From Eubacteriales bacterium (GTDB lineage: Bacteria; Bacillota; Clostridia; Oscillospirales; CAG-272): a DNA stretch of 64,000 nucleotides. Positions 58,625-64,000 of this stretch are shown here, in pieces. Numbering within the stretch: position 1 is the stretch's first letter; each line of letters starts with the position of its first letter. A program made the position numbers and the translations under genes. The notes beneath the pieces are model-generated. The model was given only the letters and a program-made list of their open reading frames with translations. It had not been told where the DNA came from and made no database searches. Where the stretch lies: positions 57,793-121,792 of the forward strand of contig JAZUPD010000018.1 of the NCBI GenBank assembly GCA_045604985.1, written 5' to 3'.

Positions 58625-58641
58625 TTAGGAATGATTCTTAA
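58625..58641. promoter_or_regulatory. Candidate Fur/PerR box (8-1-8 palindrome) between the -10 element and the RBS of perR
   Basis: TTAGGAAT-g-ATTCTTAA has one mismatch from perfect dyad symmetry. It is AT-rich like the PerR-box consensus TTATAATnATTATAA. Confidence 0.5.
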
Positions 58642-58651
58642 CTCTGATATT

Positions 58652-58679
58652 ATTATACCACTTTTTTTTTATTTGTCAA
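58652..58679 (-). promoter_or_regulatory. Promoter of the perR-rbr operon (TTGACA-16-TGgTATAAT on the minus strand)
   Basis: Minus strand: TTGACA (58679-58674), a 16-nt spacer ending in TGg, and TATAAT (58657-58652). Confidence 0.5.
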
Positions 58680-58695
58680 GAGATTTTGAAAAAAA

Positions 58696-59409
58696 TCAAG
58701 AATTATTCTTAATCAATTTTCTCAGCTCATCCAAAGCGTCCGAAAGACCTCCTACCTTGTCGATTATTCCAAGCTCGACCGCCTCGTTTCCGTCGACTAT
58801 CGAACCAACGTCTGTCGCCATTTCATCGGGACGCATCATAAGCTCTCTTATTTTTTCTGGGGCAACTCTTGAATGATCGGTTATAAATTTAATGATCCTT
58901 TTTTGCATATCCTCAAAATATCTGAAGGTCTGGGGAACTCCTATAACAAGTCCGTTTATTCTCACAGGATGGATAGTCATGGTGGCAGAGGGAACGATAA
59001 ATGATCGCTTTGCGGCAACGGCAAGAGGAACTCCGATGGAATGTCCGCCGCCGAGAACGATAGAAACTGTCGGCTTTGACATAGAGGCTATCATCTCAGC
59101 AATAGCAAGTCCTGCCTCAACATCTCCTCCCATAGTGTTCAGTACAATGAGAAGTCCTTCTATCTCCTCGCTTTCCTCAATGGCAACGAGAAGCGGGATC
59201 ACATGCTCATATTTTGTTGCCTTTTGGCTTTCGCCAAGAAGGTAATGCCCCTCGATCTGCCCGATAATGGAAAGACAATGAATGGTCTCGCAAGAGTTTT
59301 TGGTAACCACGCTTCCGCTTTTGATTATTCCCTCAAAATTTTCCCCCAGTGGGGAATTGTTTTCGTTCTGAGAGGAATTTTGTTCCGTCTTTTTTTCATT
59401 TTCAGCCAT
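58696..59409 (-). CDS. tepA: ClpP-fold protein TepA (translocation-enhancing protein family)
   Basis: 237 aa, very similar to B. subtilis TepA as I recall it: [72 protein letters not shown]. Confidence 0.85.
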   Translation of the reverse strand: MAENEKKTEQNSSQNENNSPLGENFEGIIKSGSVVTKNSCETIHCLSIIGQIEGHYLLGESQKATKYEHVIPLLVAIEESEEIEGLLIVLNTMGGDVEAGLAIAEMIASMSKPTVSIVLGGGHSIGVPLAVAAKRSFIVPSATMTIHPVRINGLVIGVPQTFRYFEDMQKRIIKFITDHSRVAPEKIRELMMRPDEMATDVGSIVDGNEAVELGIIDKVGGLSDALDELRKLIKNNS

Positions 59410-59519
59410 TTTTATTCTCCTTTGGTATAGATATTAACATAATTATTTACCAAAAAGAGTCCCCATACCCATCTGTCGAATACTTTTTTTGCCTTTTTTC
59501 AGATTTTTTCAAATAATAC

Positions 59520-59548
59520 TTGACAAATGGATGAACTTGTTGTATAAT
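59520..59548 (+). promoter_or_regulatory. Consensus sigma-70 promoter of the tRNA gene (TTGACA-17-TATAAT)
   Basis: TTGACA at 59520-59525, a 17-nt spacer, and TATAAT at 59543-59548, about 20 nt upstream of the tRNA 5' end. Confidence 0.6.
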
Positions 59549-59569
59549 ATCTCTTGTTCAACTGAATAG

Positions 59570-59646
59570 GGGGCATTAGCTCAGTTGGTTAGAGCTACCG
59601 GCTCATAACCGGTCGGTCCGGGGTTCGAGTCCCTGATGCCCCACCA
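59570..59646 (+). tRNA. tRNA with CAT anticodon (elongator tRNA-Met, or tRNA-Ile2 if C34 is lysidinylated); CCA encoded
   Basis: Hand-folded cloverleaf of 77 nt. Acceptor GGGGCAT/ATGCCCC, D-arm GCTC-AGTTGGTTA-GAGC, anticodon arm ACCGG-CTCATAA-CCGGT (CAT at 59604-59606), variable loop CGGTC, T-arm CGGGG-TTCGAGT-CCCTG, discriminator A, CCA. G1-C72 pairs, so it is not an initiator. Confidence 0.9.
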
Positions 59647-59651
59647 AAAAA

Positions 59652-59682
59652 ACAGATTTCAATGCGAAATCTGTTTTTTTTA
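59652..59682 (+). terminator. Rho-independent terminator after the tRNA
   Basis: ACAGATTTC-aatgc-GAAATCTGT followed by TTTTTTTT. Confidence 0.8.
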
Positions 59683-59689
59683 TTAAAAT

Positions 59690-60053
59690 ATGTTCGAAAT
59701 AACTTTCTTCTTCCACAGCATCGAAAAAATCCGTATTTTTTCATTACAGCAAGAGGGTGTTTTTCCACATGGGCAAGAAGAAGCTCGATGTTCTTATCCT
59801 TACGTTTATCATATAGTGCTTCAACGGCATTCATTGCCGTTGAGTCAAGGGAATTTACTGCACCCAAGTGAAGAATGAGATATTTTATATCTTCGTCGTC
59901 AAGAGCAACTCCGGATGCAAGTGCAAGGGCGATTGAAAGAGGAAGGGCAATTATTGCAACTATAATCCCCGCTATGACATCGGAAACGAATTGCTTTCCC
60001 GAATAGTTTTTAATTACAGAAAAGAACTTTGGCTTCAGATAAAAATTATTCAA
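59690..60053 (-). pseudogene. SulP-family anion permease remnant: N-terminal ~48 aa fused in frame to the C-terminal STAS domain, with the membrane core deleted
   Basis: The ORF 59595-60053 begins like SulP permeases (KPKFFSVIKNYSGKQFVSDVIAGIIVAIIALPLSIALALASGV). It jumps directly to a STAS-like end (DEDIKYLILHLGAVNSLDSTAMNAVEALYDKRKDKNIELLLAHVEKHPLAVMKKYGFF). The C-terminal frame then degenerates and reads through the tRNA terminator and the tRNA. Confidence 0.65.
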
Positions 60054-60176
60054 GATCTATGTCTACTTATGATCAAAGATTCTATATATTATAGCACGCT
60101 GAAATGAGATTTCAATGAATTTTTCCAACAAAAAAGACATGAAAAAGCGTCAAAACACTATATTTCAACAAAATTC

Positions 60177-62786
60177 TTATATGTTTGGTTTTTTGAATTT
60201 ACTTAGCTCCTCGTCAATTTCTTTCCGCACTTGGCAGACCTCCTCATAGAATATCCTTGCGGGTATTCTCTCCGCTCCGTGCCCGAGGACTATCATCTGC
60301 TCAAGATTATCAGAAGTTGCAACCCTCACTCTGTATTTTTTCGCCATTTCAAGAGTGACTCGTTCGATATAGGCATCTGCAGTTTCTGCTTCCTTGGTAT
60401 ATACCACATGGATTCCTCCGTACTTTTCGACAGAGCCGCGCCCGCCTGCAACCTTATATGCATCGAAAACCAGTATAACTCCGCAGTCACGATATCCCTG
60501 ATAATTGCAGAGGATGTCGGTGAGTAGTTTTCGCGCAAGATTGAGATTGTCCTCTGCGATCCTTTTAAGCTCATCCCATGCAAAAATTATATTATAACCG
60601 TCAACAAGAAGATATTCGGGAAGATACGCCTTGGTTTTTTTCGTCTTCTGAGCCTTTGGTTTGTCATAATCTCGCAGGATCCTCTCCGGAGGCAAGGTCC
60701 TCTTTTTTATTGGGCCGAAGGTGCGCTCAAAAATGGCTTTAAGCTCCTTATCCATAATGAGATTTTCCTCATAGGAAAGTTCGCTTTTGACTTTTATATT
60801 GCCGCCGCCAATGGCGATTGAAGAATCATCCTTCGAGTCATTCTGAGTGTTCCTATAAAAATCCTCGATATGCATATGGGATTCAACCTCGTCCCATTTC
60901 ACGAGGAAGCCCGTTCCCGCCGAGCAAAATACCGAATCCGCACTGTTTTCCGGATCTCGCTGTGCATCATAGCCTATTTCGCTGATGACGTTTTCCGGAT
61001 GGCAGCATTTTTTATAGCCGCCGAAATTTATAGTCAAGCGTCCTTTTCCCTTGGTATAGGCACTGACATCCTTTGCATAGCTCCTCATTTTTCTTACGGG
61101 CGCAGAGCCAACTAGAAGCATATATCCCTCGCTCTTTACCTCGGGAGGCGAAAAGCTTCCGCTCATAAGTCCGATATCCGAAATGGCACGTCCGATATTT
61201 TCCTCGGGAACTGTAAGTCTGAAATCGTAATAAGGCTCAAGAAGTACGCTTTTTGCCCTCATAAGTCCCTGACGGACAGCACGGTAAGTCGCCTGTCTGA
61301 AATCTCCGCCCTCGGTGTGCTTTTTATGGGCTTTTCCTGCCATGAGAGTTATTCTCATATCTGTGATAGGAGACCCTGTGAGCACTCCCAAGTGCTGTTT
61401 TTCACCAAGATGGGTCATAATAAGCCTTTGCCAATTCTTTTCAAGGAGATTTTCGCTGCAAAGAGTGTCAAAGCTGAGACCGCTGCCTTCACCCGTGCCT
61501 TCAAGCATCAAATGAACCTCCGCATAGTGACGCAAAGGCTCAAAATGACCGACACCAAAGGCTGCTCCTTCAATAGTTTCCTTATAAACTATATCTCCTT
61601 CGTCAAAATCGACTTCGATTCCATATCTGTCAAGAATGACTCGCTTCAGCACCTCAAGCCGGACCTCGCCCATGACCTTGATGTGTATTTCACCGAGTCT
61701 TTCGTTCCAGAGCGACGAAAGCTCGGGATCTTCCTCCTCGAGACGGCGAATGAATGAATAAAGTTCGGCAACATTGCAGTCCTTTGGAGGGATGATCCTG
61801 TATGTCAGAACAGGCTCAAGAACGGGTTCGGGAGATTCCATTTCGATTCCTATTCCTTGCCCTGCATAAGTGGATTCAAGACCTGTTACTGCACATATCT
61901 GACCTGCCTCAACTCTTTCACACGGGGTGAATTTTGAGCCGGAATATATCCTTATCTGATCGACCTTTTCGATTTTGTCATCGCCAAGCTCCAGCACGGT
62001 TTTTGCTGAAAGAGTACCGCCTGTTATCTTCATATGCGTTAGGCGGTTTCCGCTCTTGTCTCGTGTTATCTTATATACTTTTGCGCCGAAATTTTCGGAG
62101 TATTTTTTCGGTAGTGTATATTTTTCGAGGGCTTCAAAAAGCTCGTCAACACCTTGAAGCTTTAGGGCCGATCCGAAAAAGCAAGGGAAAAGACGGCGGG
62201 ATGCAATAAGCGCCGTTGTGCCTTTATCGAGTTTTTCGGAGGTCAGCTTCCCCTCTATATAATCATCAAGGAGTTCCTCCGAAAGAAGGGATATTTCCTC
62301 TGCCATGTTTTCGCCCGAAAAATCAATGCATCCGTCTCCAAAATGATCCTTCAAAGCACGCATCGTCACCTCTCTGATGGGAGAGGGAAGGTCCGTTTTG
62401 TTTATAAAAATAAAGGTTGGGATACGATAGCGCATGAGAAGCTGCCAGATGGTAGATGTATGCGCTTGAATACCCTCTGAGGCACTGATAACGAGAATGG
62501 CATAGTCAAGAACTCGCAATGTTCTCTCTGCCTCTCCCGAAAAATCCACATGTCCGGGTGTGTCAAGCAGGGTCATCTGACAGTCGGGAGAAAAATTAAG
62601 CAGTGCCTGTTTTGAAAAGATGGTTATTCCTCTTTCTCTTTCAAGAAAGAAGGTGTCAAGAAAAGCATCCTTATGGTCAACTCTGCCAACTTTGCGTATT
62701 GTTCCGCTTTTGAATAGCAATGCCTCGGAAAGAGTGGTCTTTCCCGCATCCACATGGGCAAGTATTCCGAGAGTAAGTCTTTTCAT
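60177..62786 (-). CDS. Fusion protein: EF-G/Tet(M)-like translational GTPase (res 1-~640) plus YacP/Rae1-type NYN ribonuclease domain (res ~724-855)
   Basis: 869 aa in one uninterrupted frame. G1 AHVDAGKT, G2-region RERGITI, G3 DTPGH, G4 NKTD, and EF-G-like domains II-V (GAKVYKITRDKSGNRLTHMKITGGTL ... LLEPYYDFRLTVPEENIGRAISDI). A Lys-rich linker follows. The C-terminal part (YLLVDGYNIIFAW...VILVFDAYK...TKEAETADAYIE...VRVATSDNLEQ) is collinear with B. subtilis YacP/Rae1. RBS GGAAAGGAG. Confidence 0.85.
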   Translation of the reverse strand: MKRLTLGILAHVDAGKTTLSEALLFKSGTIRKVGRVDHKDAFLDTFFLERERGITIFSKQALLNFSPDCQMTLLDTPGHVDFSGEAERTLRVLDYAILVISASEGIQAHTSTIWQLLMRYRIPTFIFINKTDLPSPIREVTMRALKDHFGDGCIDFSGENMAEEISLLSEELLDDYIEGKLTSEKLDKGTTALIASRRLFPCFFGSALKLQGVDELFEALEKYTLPKKYSENFGAKVYKITRDKSGNRLTHMKITGGTLSAKTVLELGDDKIEKVDQIRIYSGSKFTPCERVEAGQICAVTGLESTYAGQGIGIEMESPEPVLEPVLTYRIIPPKDCNVAELYSFIRRLEEEDPELSSLWNERLGEIHIKVMGEVRLEVLKRVILDRYGIEVDFDEGDIVYKETIEGAAFGVGHFEPLRHYAEVHLMLEGTGEGSGLSFDTLCSENLLEKNWQRLIMTHLGEKQHLGVLTGSPITDMRITLMAGKAHKKHTEGGDFRQATYRAVRQGLMRAKSVLLEPYYDFRLTVPEENIGRAISDIGLMSGSFSPPEVKSEGYMLLVGSAPVRKMRSYAKDVSAYTKGKGRLTINFGGYKKCCHPENVISEIGYDAQRDPENSADSVFCSAGTGFLVKWDEVESHMHIEDFYRNTQNDSKDDSSIAIGGGNIKVKSELSYEENLIMDKELKAIFERTFGPIKKRTLPPERILRDYDKPKAQKTKKTKAYLPEYLLVDGYNIIFAWDELKRIAEDNLNLARKLLTDILCNYQGYRDCGVILVFDAYKVAGGRGSVEKYGGIHVVYTKEAETADAYIERVTLEMAKKYRVRVATSDNLEQMIVLGHGAERIPARIFYEEVCQVRKEIDEELSKFKKPNI

Positions 62787-62822
62787 GCTTATTTTTCTCC
62801 TTTCCGAAATAGTACGATATAT

Positions 62823-62851
62823 ATTTTAACATAAAATATACGCTATTTCAA
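62823..62851 (-). promoter_or_regulatory. Promoter of the GTPase-NYN gene (TTGAAA-17-TAAAAT on the minus strand)
   Basis: Minus strand: TTGAAA (62851-62846), a 17-nt spacer, and TAAAAT (62828-62823). It lies back-to-back with the asnA promoter. Confidence 0.5.
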
Positions 62852-62860
62852 CATAGAATA

Positions 62861-62889
62861 TTGACAAATTGCGAAAAAAGAGGTAAAAT
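62861..62889 (+). promoter_or_regulatory. Promoter of asnA (TTGACA-17-TAAAAT)
   Basis: TTGACA at 62861-62866, a 17-nt spacer, and TAAAAT at 62884-62889. Confidence 0.5.
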
Positions 62890-62921
62890 AATAAAGTATT
62901 TTTTTATCAGAGGTGGTTTAA

Positions 62922-63926
62922 ATGTCAAAGCTTTATATCCCGAATGGGTATTCCTCTCATCTTACGGTAAGACAGACCGAGCTTGCAATTAAAAAGGTCA
63001 AGGATTTCTTTGAGCGGGATCTTGCCATCGGGCTTAATCTGACTCGTGTTTCAGCACCGCTTTTTGTCGAATCCACAAGCGGTCTTAACGATACCCTCAG
63101 CGGTGTTGAACGCCCCGTTGATTTCTCGGTTTTCTCGGGAGAAAGATTTGAGATTGTTCAGTCTCTTGCAAAATGGAAGAGAATGGCACTGAAGCAATAT
63201 GATTTCAAGGTTGGCGAGGGGCTTTACACCGATATGAACGCTATTCGCCGCGATGAGGAGACGGACAATATCCATTCGCTTTTCGTTGACCAGTGGGACT
63301 GGGAAAAGATAATAACAAAGGAGCAGAGAACTATTGAAACTCTGAAAAAGGCGGTTACAAATATCTATGCTGCCATCCGTCACACGGAAAACTATATCGT
63401 CGATGATTATAACTTTATCGAAAGTTTCCTGCCCGAAGATATTACATTTATTACCACCCAAGAACTTGAGGACAAATATCCCGAACTTACTCCAAAAGAG
63501 AGAGAATACGCAGCTTCAAAGGAATTCGGCGCAATTTTCCTTATGCAGATCGGTGGCAAGCTCCGCTCTGGAAATATGCACGACGGCAGGGCCCCTGACT
63601 ATGACGATTGGACACTTAACGGTGACCTTATAGTATATTATCCCGTTCTCGATATAGCTCTTGAGCTTTCCTCAATGGGAATAAGAGTTGACGAGGAAGC
63701 TCTTGACAGACAGTTGAAGGAGCGAGGATGCGAGGTCAGAAAATCACTGCCTTTCCACCGTGCGCTCCTTGCGGGTCAGCTTCCTTACACCATCGGCGGC
63801 GGCATCGGTCAATCGAGGATCTGTATGTTTTTCTTGCGAAAAGCACATATAGGAGAGGTTCAATCTTCTTTCTGGCCTCGGGATGTTGTGGAGAAATGTG
63901 AAAAACACGGCATAAAGCTGCTATAA
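62922..63926 (+). CDS. asnA: Aspartate--ammonia ligase (asparagine synthetase A)
   Basis: 334 aa beginning [31 protein letters not shown]. Class II aaRS-like motifs: [25 protein letters not shown]. Confidence 0.92.
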   Translation: MSKLYIPNGYSSHLTVRQTELAIKKVKDFFERDLAIGLNLTRVSAPLFVESTSGLNDTLSGVERPVDFSVFSGERFEIVQSLAKWKRMALKQYDFKVGEGLYTDMNAIRRDEETDNIHSLFVDQWDWEKIITKEQRTIETLKKAVTNIYAAIRHTENYIVDDYNFIESFLPEDITFITTQELEDKYPELTPKEREYAASKEFGAIFLMQIGGKLRSGNMHDGRAPDYDDWTLNGDLIVYYPVLDIALELSSMGIRVDEEALDRQLKERGCEVRKSLPFHRALLAGQLPYTIGGGIGQSRICMFFLRKAHIGEVQSSFWPRDVVEKCEKHGIKLL

Positions 63927-63941
63927 GATCTTTTAGAACAC

Positions 63942-63976
63942 AAAAAAGTCAAGGCAAATTCACCTTGACTTTTTTC
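63942..63976 (+). terminator. Rho-independent terminator after asnA
   Basis: AAAAAAGTCAAGG-caaattca-CCTTGACTTTTTT. Confidence 0.8.
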
Positions 63977-64000
63977 TTTGGAATATTTTTATTTCATCAG

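Noticed and set aside
59595-59689. The 3' part of the 152-aa ORF that overlaps the tRNA gene
   Set aside because: This stretch (…RCCGRRKLFRTYFNKKNRFRIEICFFGGASGTRTPDRPVMSR) is the reverse complement of the tRNA and its terminator. It is read only because the degenerate SulP remnant has lost its stop codon. It is not coding sequence.
60177-62786. Calling the large GTPase a tetracycline-resistance ribosomal protection protein (tet(M)/tet(O)-like)
   Set aside because: The overall fold is Tet(M)/EF-G-like. However, the domain IV tip loop differs (AHKKHTEGGDFR versus YSPVSTPADFR), and the protein carries an extra NYN nuclease domain. A resistance call is not supported by sequence alone.

Overview
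This 64-kb chromosomal window comes from a Gram-positive anaerobe. Gene content, a cohesin/dockerin protein, a V-type ATPase and sporulation-related genes point to Clostridia, probably Oscillospiraceae/Ruminococcaceae-like. It is densely packed with about 57 protein genes and one tRNA, mostly housekeeping. I saw no rRNA, CRISPR array, transposase, integrase or prophage.

Main blocks, left to right:
- lepA (5' part), an ECF S component, birA, and a P-type Ca2+ ATPase with a MarR regulator.
- ygiQ, a heterodimeric ABC exporter pair, and an OmpR/PhoR-like two-component system.
- An rsmF-like methyltransferase, greA, and a secreted transglutaminase-Big2-cohesin-dockerin protein.
- A complete nine-gene V-type ATPase operon (G/H-I-K-E-C-F-A-B-D).
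- araC, a relQ-type alarmone synthetase, and a BMP-family nucleoside ABC transporter operon.
- A ttcA-trmN6-ferredoxin-ricT-holB cluster.
- A luxS-mtnN-ECF S-kinase module and a PLDc_N/ABC/ABC-2 trio.
- An sbcD/sbcC-like pair (YhaO/YhaN type), then pepF, proS, ftsW/rodA, NUDIX and perR-rubrerythrin.
- tepA, tRNA(CAT), a SulP remnant, a large GTPase fusion gene, and asnA.

Most interesting observations:
1. An 869-aa single ORF (60177-62786) fuses a complete EF-G/Tet(M)-type translational GTPase to a YacP/Rae1-type NYN ribonuclease domain.
2. The substrate-binding lipoprotein gene of the BMP ABC operon carries one in-frame TAG. None of the roughly 56 gene termini I inspected in the window uses TAG as a stop.
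3. Two well-supported genes fall below the ORF-track size cut-off: a 57-aa 2x[4Fe-4S] ferredoxin and a 30-aa Cys-rich membrane peptide.
4. A SulP permease lacks its whole membrane core, leaving the N-terminus joined in frame to the STAS domain, next to the tRNA.

Several ORF-track N-termini were shortened to starts that have a Shine-Dalgarno sequence. All functional calls rest on motif and sequence recognition by eye. No database search was run.
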